64,000 nucleotides of DNA from an uncultured Planctomycetota bacterium (GTDB taxonomy: Bacteria; Planctomycetota; Planctomycetia; Gemmatales; Gemmataceae). Made by a program: the position numbers and the translations under genes. Positions 11,457-21,568 of this stretch are shown here, piece after piece. The notes below the pieces were generated by a model that did not search any database, was not told the DNA's origin, and worked only from the letters and a program-made list of their open reading frames with translations. Within the stretch, counting starts at the first letter, position 1. Each line of letters opens with the position of its first letter. The stretch spans positions 1 through 64,000 of the forward strand of contig CAWKHF010000005.1 in assembly GCA_963849325.1 (NCBI GenBank), in the 5' to 3' direction.

Positions 11457-12480
11457 CGGGCCAGCGACTCCGAGAGGGCCGCCAGGATTTGCAGCACCTT
11501 CCCGAAATCGCCTGGCTTGACCAGGTGGTGATCGAATCCCGCCTCCTTGGAGCGCTGCCGGTCGCTCTCCCGCCCGTACCCGGTCATGGCGACCAGCACC
11601 GCGTTCTGGAGAGCGGGCTGCTGACGGAGCCGCTTCGCCACCTCAAAACCATTGAGTCCCGGCAGGCCGATGTCCAGCAGCACCACGTTTGGTCGGTAAT
11701 CGAGGGCTGCTTCCAGGACCGCCGAGCCGTCGTAGGCCGTCCGGACATCATGGCCGGATTCTTGCACCAGCAAGGCCAGGGTCGTCACCGTGTCCACGTT
11801 GTCATCCACCACCAGCACCCGCAAGGAGGGGCCGGTCGGCTGGGCTTTTTCGGCGGGAGGCGATGACGCCTGCGGCTGGGGAGGCGGCACCACTGGCAGA
11901 CGCACGACGAACTCGCTGCCTTGCCCCACAGTGCTGGAAGCCGCCACCGTTCCTCCGTGCATCTCCACGAGGCGTTGCACCAAAGCCAGTCCGATGCCCA
12001 GCCCGCCCTGCGAGCGGTCCAGGGACCGTTCCGCCTGCGTGAACAGGTCGAAAATGCGGGGCAGGTTTTCGGGGGCGATGCCGACGCCCCTATCCCGTAC
12101 TCGTAGCACCGCCTCGTCGCCCTCTTGCTGGACAGTCAGCCAAATGTGCCCGCCTGGGTCGGTGTACTTGGCGGCATTGGTGAGCAGGTTCACCACGACC
12201 TGTTCCAACCGGGCGGCGTCGGCGTGCAGCCAGATGGCTTGCGTCGGCAGCGACACCGTGAATTCATGCTTGCGGTGGTCGATCAGCGAGCGAACCGTCG
12301 CCACCGCATTGTCCACGACGACGCCCACGGCGATTCGTTCTTGCTGAAGCTGAATCCTCCCGGTGGTGATGCGGGAGACTTCGAGGAGTTCATCAACGAT
12401 CCGTGCCAGTTGTCCCACCTGACGCTCGATGATGGTGGCCGATTGCTGGAGGACCGGGTTCTCGATGCCTTGCAGACGAT
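11453..12480 (-). pseudogene. 5'-truncated hybrid histidine kinase (HATPase-REC, H-box missing)
   Basis: Homology starts at RLQGIENPVLQQSATIIERQV, just after where the HELRNPL H-box should be; N, G and REC motifs intact. Confidence 0.8.
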
Positions 12481-12546
12481 TCCGGTTGCTGTGCATGCGA
12501 AGGAGAGGCACAGAAAAGCGGCTGTGTTGAATGTCAAGCATTGAGC

Positions 12547-12712
12547 ACAGGCTGCTGCGGGGAAGTGCGCGTGGGCTTCTCCTCGCAGCCTGCGCTCTGA
12601 AAACAGCTGTCTCTGCGGCATTTCCCGGAACAGAGCAACAGAAATGAGGGAAGGAGGGAGAGGGGTTTGGGGAGAGGGAACCTGGGGACGCTGGTTCCCT
12701 CTCCTCAAGTGA
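12547..12712. repeat. Structured ~165-bp repeat X, copy 2
   Basis: Direct repeat of 4617..4783 with conserved stems and different loops. Confidence 0.9.
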
Positions 12713-12792
12713 CGTGCCTCGCTAGGCTCTTGACGACCGCACTACAAGCTGTCATACGTCGGAGGATTGTTCTCACAATATCAAGGCTTTTC

Positions 12793-13665
12793 GTGAACCG
12801 AATTATCTGGCAATACTGGGAGACCCGAGGACAGAAGCCGGCATTTATTGATGGCCTTCTAGAAATCGCGATCAAGAACGCGGGCGTCAAGATCATTCTA
12901 GTAACGCCAGAAACGCTTCCGCAATACCTTCCAGAGTGCCCGCCCGAGGTTCACGCTATTCAGAAGATGGCGCATAAGGCAGACATGATAAGGGCCATGC
13001 TTATTAAAAAGCATGGCGGTATGTGGCTGGATTCGGATGCTATCGTGCTCAAGGATTTGAACTGGCTCTTTGATTTACTTAGTGAGCACGAGTTCATCGG
13101 TTTTGACGATGCAGGAGGTGCAAGGGTAAGAGTTAATTGCTTCCTCTCCCGGCCAAACGGCACAATCATTTCTGAATGGGTAAGACTACAGCACGCTAAG
13201 TTCCCGCGCACGGAATATGAATGGGAGGAAATAGGGTCCGACATCCTAGACCCGCTTTGCAAGACGTATCAGGCCAAAATCCTTCCTTTCCATCTAATCT
13301 GCCCCATTGCGTGGTATGAGGTTGAGGAATTCGAGCGGTGCGGACATCACCCAAAGAAAGTCGTGCAATGGCTCAATGAATGTATGATGGTAATGATGAC
13401 CAATAACGCACTTAGTAAAAGGAACTCAGAGATTATCGGCAAGACGGTGCCCCAACTGGCCGCTGGTAATACTTTGATAAGCCACTTTATCCGGAAGGCG
13501 CTCGATAATCGCTACGCCCCTTCGCAGGCAGCTTTGTACGGGCAATATGTTCTGTCCTATGACGCCAATATGAAGCGATTAAGAGAGCTTAGAGCCCGCG
13601 TGAAGAAACGCTGCGCCAGAACTCATCCATTAGATATGGAATACAATAAGACTGGCGGTCTATGA
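12793..13665 (+). CDS. Capsular polysaccharide synthesis / DxD glycosyltransferase (GT32-like)
   Basis: IIWQYW, AHKADMIR, HGGMWLDSD motifs; visibly more AT-rich than the flanks. Confidence 0.85.
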   Translation: MNRIIWQYWETRGQKPAFIDGLLEIAIKNAGVKIILVTPETLPQYLPECPPEVHAIQKMAHKADMIRAMLIKKHGGMWLDSDAIVLKDLNWLFDLLSEHEFIGFDDAGGARVRVNCFLSRPNGTIISEWVRLQHAKFPRTEYEWEEIGSDILDPLCKTYQAKILPFHLICPIAWYEVEEFERCGHHPKKVVQWLNECMMVMMTNNALSKRNSEIIGKTVPQLAAGNTLISHFIRKALDNRYAPSQAALYGQYVLSYDANMKRLRELRARVKKRCARTHPLDMEYNKTGGL

Positions 13666-14865
13666 GTGCCTTCTCCTCTTGGCCTGATGCGTAATAGTGC
13701 GCCTGACAGAAGGAGCGGCCCTGATCATCTCGTCGCATTGGATCATATTCCATACTTAGACGGCATACGCGGATTCGCCGCTTTGTGGGTATTCCTGGGT
13801 CATGCGCAAATAGTGTCCGGCATGCGGGCTGTACCGTTGCTTTCCTACGGCAGGTTGGCGGTAGACCTCTTTATGATCGTATCTGGACTGTTGATGTCGC
13901 ATCATTATTTGCTGCGCCAACATAAAGAGCCTTGGCTATCGCCGAAGACGTGGGGAATATTCTGGGTTCGTAGGTTGTTCCGAATTGCTCCACTTTACTA
14001 TTCTCTCCTCTTCGTTTCTCTGCTCGTTGGACCAGTTATTGGAACAGATGTTGCTCTTCTTGAGGACATTTGGCCGCACATAGCAATCCGGTTATCGCAC
14101 TATGCGGAAAGCACCGCGGCCAATATCCTGGCGCATCTGACGTTTGTATTTGGAGTCATCCCTGAGTATTCCATCAAAACTCCACTACCAGATTGGTCGA
14201 TTGGACTTGAAATGGAGTTTTATGCCGCTTTTCCATTTCTGATGCTGCTCATTGCCAGACTTGGCGCTCCTGCTGCCACGATTATGCTTGTGTGTGCGAG
14301 TATTGCCCTAAGCAATTTGTATGCTGATTTCTTCGATGAGTTCGTGATGCCGTCGTTTCTCCCGATGAAGCTATATATGTTTCTCTGCGGAATACTGATT
14401 ACGATGGGGCGGTGGCGACGCTCCATGAGATTGCCAATGATTCTGTCAGTAATGTGTGCGCTCGTGTACGCAATACGTGAACATAGCCCGGAGGCGGCCG
14501 CACGGGTCTTGATGGTGGCACTCGTCTTCTACTTGCTGAACGACGGCTCGCTGCCATCAACCCGACCCTTAGACAGCATCACTCTTAAGATTCGAGAAAT
14601 GCTTGGCGGGCGCTTGGCCCGCTTCCTGGGTGACACGTCTTATAGCGTGTATCTATTACATTGGTTACTTCTCGTTCCAGTGGCCGCCTATCTGACGACG
14701 AGAGCCAGCTATGTCGAACTGCACGGGAGTATTCGGTGCGGCATTTGTGTTCTAGTCAGTGGACCCATCGTGTATGCTGCATCATGGGTCTTGTATCATG
14801 TTATCGAGCGACCGGGAATAGGGCTAGGAAGAACTGCCGTTAAACGTTTCAATCAGGAACAGTAG
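13666..14865 (+). CDS. Acyltransferase family 3 (OafA-like O-acyltransferase)
   Basis: LDGIRGFAALWVFLGH, AVDLFMIVSG, RRLFRIAPLY, WSIGLEMEFY, SYSVYLLH; multiple transmembrane segments. Confidence 0.9.
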   Translation: MPSPLGLMRNSAPDRRSGPDHLVALDHIPYLDGIRGFAALWVFLGHAQIVSGMRAVPLLSYGRLAVDLFMIVSGLLMSHHYLLRQHKEPWLSPKTWGIFWVRRLFRIAPLYYSLLFVSLLVGPVIGTDVALLEDIWPHIAIRLSHYAESTAANILAHLTFVFGVIPEYSIKTPLPDWSIGLEMEFYAAFPFLMLLIARLGAPAATIMLVCASIALSNLYADFFDEFVMPSFLPMKLYMFLCGILITMGRWRRSMRLPMILSVMCALVYAIREHSPEAAARVLMVALVFYLLNDGSLPSTRPLDSITLKIREMLGGRLARFLGDTSYSVYLLHWLLLVPVAAYLTTRASYVELHGSIRCGICVLVSGPIVYAASWVLYHVIERPGIGLGRTAVKRFNQEQ

Positions 14866-14897
14866 GAACTGCCCTTTGCTTGGCGTCTGATGCTTCA

Positions 14898-17800
14898 TTA
14901 TCGATTGAGAGGCGAGTGATCTAGGTTTGGTTTCCGTTCTCGGGCGATTCGTTCCTGGAACGTCATCGGCTGCTCACCAGATGAGTCCTCTCTTCCTACG
15001 GGAGGCTGGAGGGCTGGGGGTTGCGTCGAAACGTCACCGTTAACCGGATGATCCGATGCGGAATCTGCTTCCTGTCGCCTGCGAATGCGGGCGGTGATCG
15101 GCTCTTCGGCGGCTGCTTGCTTTCGCTGCACCCTCTGTGGCGTGGTCTCAATAGTGTTGGCGGCTTTCAGTGCCTTGATCCTTTCGGCCAGCTCCGAAAC
15201 GGTCGGACCGTTTTGGTTGCTTGGGTCATGAGCCGTGGCGGATAGACCGGCCTTGAGCTGGTCGCGGAGGCTGGTCAGTTCGGATAGATAGGTGTCGTGT
15301 GCGAACGGCTTGCCCAGGCGTTCGCGGTAGTCACGCAGCTGCGATTCGGCGATGGCCAGGTCCTGCCGGACGCGCACGCACTCGGAGCCGTAGCCGGTGG
15401 CCAGGCGTTCGAGGGCGTTCAGCACGGCACGCGGCCCCTGGTGGTCGCGCGACAACGTAGACAGGCGGGTGATCGCGCCTTCCAGATACACGTCCGGCGG
15501 GAATTGCGGGTGCATGACCATGCCGAACCGCAGGCCCCGGTAGGTGCCGATGGGTACGCGGGTTGTCTCACGGACGTTGCGGGGCAAGCGGTCGATCTGG
15601 TCCGCCAGTGCGGCGGGTGCATCCTTTTGTGACCAGGCGCGTTTGCCGATGGTGACCGGATCGGCGGCATGGGCCGTGGCCGTCGCTTCGTCGGCGGTGA
15701 GTTTTGACAGCCTTTCATTGAGCTTGGCGATAGTGCCTGGCAAGTCGCGGACGCTGCGGCGGGCGACGTATTGCTCGTCCAGGTGGTTCTTTTTCAGGAG
15801 ATTGAGGCGTTGCAATTCGGCGTCGGCCTCGGCCAGCGTGAGCACGGCCGGATTGCCCGACGCTATCGCCTTCACCTCGGCGTAGGAGAGTTCCTGGCTG
15901 CCGATGTCCTCGGCACGGCGGGCGGTGTTGTCGCCTGACATGACCTGGGCGATGAAGCGGGCCTTGGTCTCCAGGGCTTGCCACATGTAGGCATCGAACG
16001 ATCCTTCGGTCACGTAGCGGTAAATCGCCACTTCCTCATTCTGGTTGCCCTGCCGCAGGATGCGGCCGTCGCGTTGCTCAACTTCCGCCGGCTTCCACGG
16101 TGCATCGAGGTGATGCAAGGCGACCAGGCGTTTCTGGACATTGGTGCCGGTGCCCATTTTCTGGGTGCTGCCGATCAGCACGCGGACGGAGCCTTGCCGC
16201 ACTTTCTCGAAGAGCGCCTGTTTCTTGGGGTCCGATTCGGCATCGCCGATGGCGGCGATCTGGTTGCGCGGGATGCCGTGGGCGACCAGCTTCTCGATGA
16301 TCTCTTCATAGGGGGCGTAGCCCCAGGGCGTCGGGTTCACGCCCATGTCGGCGAAAACCATCTGAGTGCCGCGCTTGTCGGCGGTCTCGTTCCAGATGGA
16401 AAAGACGTTTTCAACGAGGCGGTTGACTTTCGATTCCAGGAAGTCCGGTGCTGTGGGCGAAAGCATCCGGGCATCGGTGGCGAGCTTGCGGCCGTCGGTG
16501 GTGATGGCCAGGGCATTATCAACACGCGGGTCCACTTTCTGCGACCGCAGCCGCTCGTAGCGTTCGACTAGCTCCTGTTGCAGCTGGTGCTGCTCCTCGG
16601 ACATCGGGCAGGCAACCACGTCGGGCTTGCCGCCTTGCAGGCGTGGACGTGGCAGGTTCAGCATTTCGGCTGTCTGCACGTCGGAGAATTGCCGGAACAT
16701 CTGCTGAAGTTCCGGCAGGTTGGTGAAGCGGGCAAACCGGCTCCGGGGCCGCAGGCCCGCACCATCTGGCGAGATTTCCATCGTGTCCACGACTTCGCCG
16801 AAAGTGGCGGCCCAGGCGTCAAAATGCTCCAGCCCGCGATCCCGCAGTCCCTTCGGATCGAGGAAACGCTGCATGGTGTACATCTCCACCATCGTGTTGG
16901 AAATCGGGGTGCCGGTGGCGAAGGTGACGCCGTGGCCGGCGTGCTGTTCGTCGAGGTAGCGGGCTTTCATGTACACGTCGAATGCCCGCTCTGAGCCTCC
17001 GGTCTGGATTCCGGCGACACGTTCCATCTTGGTCGGTGTCTCCAAGTTCTTGAAATAATGGGCCTCGTCGATGAAAACGTGATCGACACCGAGTTCATCA
17101 AACACCAGCCCGTCATCCTTCTTGTCCTCGGCCAGCAGGTCTTTCAGGCGTTCGCAGCGGGCGGCCTTCTGTTTCTCGATGGTCTTGATGAGGTTGCGGT
17201 TGGCACCACGTTCGGCGGCGTGCTCCAGCAGCAGCTTGTCGTACTCGGCGATCTGCTCGGTCAGGAACTTCTCCTGGTAATCGCGTGACATGCCGATGCG
17301 CTCAAAACTGGAATGTGTCACGATGATGCCGTCCCACTCGCCGCTGGCGATCTTGGCGGTAAGCATCTTGCGGCGGTCGCGCGTCAGGTCTTCCTTGGCG
17401 GCGACCAGCAGCCGGGCATTCGGGTAGAGCTGCATGAATTCGCGGGCGAACTGCTCCAGCAGGTGGTTGGGGACCACGTACATCGGCTTCTTGATAAGGC
17501 CGGCTTCCTTCATCTTCATGCCGGTGGCGGCCATCGTGAACGTCTTGCCGGCGCCCACGACATGGGCCAGCAGCGTGTTGCCGCTGCTCATGCCGCGCCA
17601 AACGGCATCCTTCTGATGGGGCCGCAGCGTCAGCGTCTGGTTCATGCCGGGAAAATCGAGGTGCGAGCCGTCGAACAGGCGTGGACGCAAATTGTTGTAA
17701 GTGTCGTTGTAGGTCCGCACGAGGCGCTCCGTGCGTTCTGGATCGGAGAAGATCCAGGAGCGGAAACGCTCCTTGATAAGCTTCTGCTTCTCGCGGGCGG

Positions 17801-20759
17801 CCATCGTCGCTTCCTGGTTGATGACGCGCTCCTCGCGGTCGCCATTCTGGATGGTGTCGTAAATGGTTGGCGATTTCATGTTGAGGGCCAGCTCCAGCAG
17901 CCAGGTGCCGTTGGCCCGTCCCGTGCCGTATTCGGATGTTGCACCGACCGATGCTTTCGCGGCGTAGCCGGCGTCGATATTCCAAACGGCGTCCTTCTTC
18001 AGATGACCGATGGGGACCGCGTCCCCCTCGACCTTGAAGAGGTCGGCGGCGAATGCCTGGATGTCGCTTTCAGGAATCCACGGTGCTCCAAGATTGGCGT
18101 CGATGTCGCCGGGCAGCACGTCTTCGGGCTGCACCTCTCGCAGGGCTTTGACATTGCGGGCATATTGCGGTCCGGCGTTCATCGCGGCGGCGAGCTTCGC
18201 TCGGACATTGCCGGAGAGATAGGCGTCAGCCGTCTGCCAGGTCCTGGATTCCGGATCGGGGAAAATCAGGTCGCCTAGCTCGGCGACGATTTCCGCTTTC
18301 TGTTTGCCGTAGAGCGTTCCAATGAAGGGCAGGTCTACCGCTCCCTTCTGGTTTAGTGACACCAGCAACCCTTCCTCGGCGCTGCGGACATGGGTGATGG
18401 GCTGGGTCTTTCCAACCACGTCGCGGGACATGATGGCGGCTTTCGCCGCCTTACCCGTAACCTCGTCGTAATCCTCCAGCGACATGACCAGCATGGCGTC
18501 GGGGTCTTCGCGGAACTTGACCAGGTTGGGCATTCGGCGAATGACGGTGCCGTCGCGGGTTTCGCCAAAGGTGGTTTTGTTGATGGGTCCGTAGGCATTA
18601 ACGAAACGGTCATAGGCATAATTGAGTTCGCGGCGTGCGTCCTGGCGATTGGCCTCGGGCCAGCCTTCATTCTGCGATTGCAGTACGCGGCGTGCCTTAT
18701 CGCGCAGGCCCACGAGGCCGGCCAGGCGTTTTCCGGTCAGCGTTCCATCTGATTTCAGGGCGGTGCCGCCGTAGACGACGGGTACGCCCTGTCCGCCTTC
18801 GGACTGGTAGATGATCTTGTCGTCGCCGATGAAGAAGCTGCCTTCGCTGATATGGCGCTCGGCTGGTGGTGGCGTGAAGGCCGGGGCTCGCTCATTTAGC
18901 ACCGGTGATGCCTGCGGCGGTGCGAATTCCGGCAGGCGATGGATCGCTGTCTTGAGCTGCCCGGTCAGGTCGCCATTGCCAAGGACGCTGAAGCCTTCCC
19001 CGCCGTAGAGCGTGTCCTTGCGGCTCCAGTTGCCCAGCACCATTTCGGGATGGTTCAGGAAGTAGCGGTTGACAGGAACCTCTGCGCCATCGATCAGGAG
19101 CGGGGCGATGCCTAGCCAGTCTGGATCGAGGTGATTGGCCGGCTCCCCAGGAGCCCGCTTGCGAAGAAACACGATGTCGGTCACCACGGCGGTTCCTTCC
19201 CGCTTGAACGCATCCGATGGCAGCCGGATCGCTCCGACGAAGTCAGCCTTCGAGGCGAGGTACTCGCGGATGGCGGCGTTCTGCTTGTCGAGCGTGAAAT
19301 GCGATGTGACCAGCGCCATTACCCCGCCGGGTTTCAGGGCGTCGATGGATTTGGCGAAGAAGAAGTCGTGCAGGGAAAGCTTCTGGCCCTGGTATTCGAG
19401 CTTTACGTCGGCGAACGGGACGTTGCCGATTACGGCGTCGATGCGGTTCTCGGGCAGCTTGCTGTCGCGGAAATTCTCGATGCGGATGTCGTGTTCGGGG
19501 TGGATGGCTCTGGCGATGCGGCCGGAAATGGAATCCATCTCCACGCCAATGAAGCGATTCCCCGGCTTGCCCTGGCCCATGAAATTGCCAATGCCGCAAC
19601 CGGGTTCCAGGATCGTGCCGCCCTCGGGCACGCCTAGCCGGGCAATGGCGTCGTGCATGGAAGCGATGACGGTCGGTGATGTGTAGAAGGCGTTGAAGGT
19701 GGTGCGCTTGGCGCTGTCGTATTCCTCTGGCGTAAGCAACGACTTCAGGTCGCCGCCCAGGGCTCGCCAGCCATCGTCCTTGTAATTGCCGCTGACAGGA
19801 TCGGGAAAAAGGGAGAGTGCGACCGGCCCGAAACCACAGAAGCGGGAGAGCTGCTGCTTTTCCTCTGCGGTGGCAGGTCGCTGCTCGCGCTCAACGACCT
19901 TCAGCGTGCGGATGGCAGCAATGATGTCGCGAGCCTTGGATTTTTCGCCGCTGGCGATCGGGGTGGGCTTTGGCTGCCTGACCGGTTCTTCCTGCCTGGC
20001 TGAAATGAATGGCGGCGGTGCGTCGAACTGCAAACTGAGCTGCGTGCCCATCATGGCGTGATTTCCTTCTGCTGGCGTTACCGGCCCCGCCGTCGGGGCC
20101 TGATGGCGAGCAGAAAAATCAGCCCCAGCCGGAAGCTGGGCATCCTTGGCCGGACCATCGTGGGAAGGAGCACCATTGCACGCGGGTAATGGGGTGGGGT
20201 CCCCGTTCCCGCTTGCAATGGCCGGCGGGCTGATTACAGTGCGGTCGCTCGTGGCCCCAGGCGGGGCTGGCGTGTCAGGAGGGGAATTGCCGGAGATGGA
20301 ATCAAAGAGTGTCGGTTGGCGGCGTGATGCTTTTACCCGCGCCGTGTAGGATGGCGGAGAAAGAGCATTGCCGCGTCGAGGAAAAGCGCCTCGCTGTCGT
20401 CCTGCGATGACGCGGCTGACAAACGATCCTCCATTTCCTTGACCGCTGTCTCCAGCGCCTCCAGGGCGATCTGGACCGGATCGGTGCCCGGCCTCAGTGG
20501 GATCAGCAGGCGCGTCCAGCCCTCGTGGCTGGTCTTCAGCTCCCTGGCGAATTGCTCCATTGTCGTTAGGAGCTTCCGGTCTTTCCGGAGCTGGTCGTAC
20601 ATCTGCGGTTGCTGTTGCAGGAGTTCGAGAACGATGGTCTTGTACTGCATGGTCATCTCCTTGTGTTTCAGGGGGCGATTGGTCTTGAGGCTCAGCGTTG
20701 GTGTCTGGGTCGGTGGGGAAGAGTGAGGACTGGTGCCAGTCGGGGGGCTTCCTTGCCAT
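14898..20759 (-). CDS. Large DarB-like adenine methyltransferase plus SNF2/SF2 helicase (alternative start at 20054)
   Basis: MTase motifs LEPGCGIGNF and IGNVPF; helicase motifs HVVGAGKT, IDEAHYFKN, ATGTPISN, GTGTNVQ, EQRDGRILRQGN. Confidence 0.92.
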   Translation of the reverse strand: MARKPPDWHQSSLFPTDPDTNAEPQDQSPPETQGDDHAVQDHRSRTPATATADVRPAPERPEAPNDNGAIRQGAEDQPRGLDAPADPTEAGHRSGPDRPGGAGDSGQGNGGSFVSRVIAGRQRGAFPRRGNALSPPSYTARVKASRRQPTLFDSISGNSPPDTPAPPGATSDRTVISPPAIASGNGDPTPLPACNGAPSHDGPAKDAQLPAGADFSARHQAPTAGPVTPAEGNHAMMGTQLSLQFDAPPPFISARQEEPVRQPKPTPIASGEKSKARDIIAAIRTLKVVEREQRPATAEEKQQLSRFCGFGPVALSLFPDPVSGNYKDDGWRALGGDLKSLLTPEEYDSAKRTTFNAFYTSPTVIASMHDAIARLGVPEGGTILEPGCGIGNFMGQGKPGNRFIGVEMDSISGRIARAIHPEHDIRIENFRDSKLPENRIDAVIGNVPFADVKLEYQGQKLSLHDFFFAKSIDALKPGGVMALVTSHFTLDKQNAAIREYLASKADFVGAIRLPSDAFKREGTAVVTDIVFLRKRAPGEPANHLDPDWLGIAPLLIDGAEVPVNRYFLNHPEMVLGNWSRKDTLYGGEGFSVLGNGDLTGQLKTAIHRLPEFAPPQASPVLNERAPAFTPPPAERHISEGSFFIGDDKIIYQSEGGQGVPVVYGGTALKSDGTLTGKRLAGLVGLRDKARRVLQSQNEGWPEANRQDARRELNYAYDRFVNAYGPINKTTFGETRDGTVIRRMPNLVKFREDPDAMLVMSLEDYDEVTGKAAKAAIMSRDVVGKTQPITHVRSAEEGLLVSLNQKGAVDLPFIGTLYGKQKAEIVAELGDLIFPDPESRTWQTADAYLSGNVRAKLAAAMNAGPQYARNVKALREVQPEDVLPGDIDANLGAPWIPESDIQAFAADLFKVEGDAVPIGHLKKDAVWNIDAGYAAKASVGATSEYGTGRANGTWLLELALNMKSPTIYDTIQNGDREERVINQEATMAAREKQKLIKERFRSWIFSDPERTERLVRTYNDTYNNLRPRLFDGSHLDFPGMNQTLTLRPHQKDAVWRGMSSGNTLLAHVVGAGKTFTMAATGMKMKEAGLIKKPMYVVPNHLLEQFAREFMQLYPNARLLVAAKEDLTRDRRKMLTAKIASGEWDGIIVTHSSFERIGMSRDYQEKFLTEQIAEYDKLLLEHAAERGANRNLIKTIEKQKAARCERLKDLLAEDKKDDGLVFDELGVDHVFIDEAHYFKNLETPTKMERVAGIQTGGSERAFDVYMKARYLDEQHAGHGVTFATGTPISNTMVEMYTMQRFLDPKGLRDRGLEHFDAWAATFGEVVDTMEISPDGAGLRPRSRFARFTNLPELQQMFRQFSDVQTAEMLNLPRPRLQGGKPDVVACPMSEEQHQLQQELVERYERLRSQKVDPRVDNALAITTDGRKLATDARMLSPTAPDFLESKVNRLVENVFSIWNETADKRGTQMVFADMGVNPTPWGYAPYEEIIEKLVAHGIPRNQIAAIGDAESDPKKQALFEKVRQGSVRVLIGSTQKMGTGTNVQKRLVALHHLDAPWKPAEVEQRDGRILRQGNQNEEVAIYRYVTEGSFDAYMWQALETKARFIAQVMSGDNTARRAEDIGSQELSYAEVKAIASGNPAVLTLAEADAELQRLNLLKKNHLDEQYVARRSVRDLPGTIAKLNERLSKLTADEATATAHAADPVTIGKRAWSQKDAPAALADQIDRLPRNVRETTRVPIGTYRGLRFGMVMHPQFPPDVYLEGAITRLSTLSRDHQGPRAVLNALERLATGYGSECVRVRQDLAIAESQLRDYRERLGKPFAHDTYLSELTSLRDQLKAGLSATAHDPSNQNGPTVSELAERIKALKAANTIETTPQRVQRKQAAAEEPITARIRRRQEADSASDHPVNGDVSTQPPALQPPVGREDSSGEQPMTFQERIARERKPNLDHSPLNR
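20333..20656 (-). CDS. Hypothetical helical protein nested out of frame in the 5' part of the helicase ORF
   Basis: Strong RBS AAGGAG before ATG; globular-looking sequence MQYKTIVLELLQQQPQMYDQLRK... Confidence 0.7.
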   Translation of the reverse strand: MTMQYKTIVLELLQQQPQMYDQLRKDRKLLTTMEQFARELKTSHEGWTRLLIPLRPGTDPVQIALEALETAVKEMEDRLSAASSQDDSEALFLDAAMLFLRHPTRRG

Positions 20760-20866
20760 AGTCGGGAACCTTCATGTGCATCCGGTTCCCGGCAGTGGGC
20801 TTCGCTGTCGGGCGATTGGCTCCCGAGGCGTTTCTTGCTCTTGGTCGTCGTATCTGCCCGGCATAG

Positions 20867-21076
20867 TCATCTGGACCTGCCGTGGCCGTGTCCGGAAGCT
20901 GGTGATCCGAACACTTCCTTCAATAGACGTGTAGCGGCGACCCCGGCCATGACGATCATCGAGCCGATGGCGACGGATTGCAAAACCATCGCCATGCGTT
21001 CGTTCTTGCAGTTGTTCGACATCATCTGGGCCTGCGGGCCAAGGTCGGAAAGGTTATAGGTCGGTGGATAGGTCAT
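20867..21076 (-). CDS. Small protein with one hydrophobic helix and a basic tail
   Basis: 69-aa ORF with RBS GAGG, in the operon with its neighbours. Confidence 0.65.
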   Translation of the reverse strand: MTYPPTYNLSDLGPQAQMMSNNCKNERMAMVLQSVAIGSMIVMAGVAATRLLKEVFGSPASGHGHGRSR

Positions 21077-21100
21077 GGCCGCCTCGGAGACGATTCGTTA

Positions 21101-21568
21101 CTAGAACGGCACTTCCTGCCCGGCGCCGATCTCCTGCCGGATCATGTTGCAGACTTCCTGGTAAATCCTCTCCGCTTTGATCCGGGTGGTTGCGGCGGTT
21201 TCGGGGGTGATGGCATGTGCCCATATTTTGTCTGCCTGCTTCCATGCCCAACCTGCGTCGTGAATCCTGTCGAGCACGGCACGGCTGGGTTTGTCCTCAA
21301 ACTTGATCGCCATCTGGCGGTCACGCTTGCTCTCGTAGAGGCGGACACCGAGAGCGGCGTCCGCAGCGATAACGTATGGGTCGGCTGCCGAAGCCCGCAT
21401 CCTCTGGCCAACCCGCTCAGCAAAGCTGGGCCGGTTGTCATTCGATGCCGGGAGATTGTCGTTGGCGGCTGGCGAGGGTTCAGCGATTGCCGTCCCGGTA
21501 TCCGGAGCGGCGGTTTCTGCGGTGGAAGTGTCAGTTGGTTTTTGGTCTGGTGTGCGTTTGCGTGACAT
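21101..21568 (-). CDS. Hypothetical protein ending in EVPF (SSB-like tail)
   Basis: RBS GGAGGA; first gene of the operon leading to the helicase. Confidence 0.75.
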   Translation of the reverse strand: MSRKRTPDQKPTDTSTAETAAPDTGTAIAEPSPAANDNLPASNDNRPSFAERVGQRMRASAADPYVIAADAALGVRLYESKRDRQMAIKFEDKPSRAVLDRIHDAGWAWKQADKIWAHAITPETAATTRIKAERIYQEVCNMIRQEIGAGQEVPF

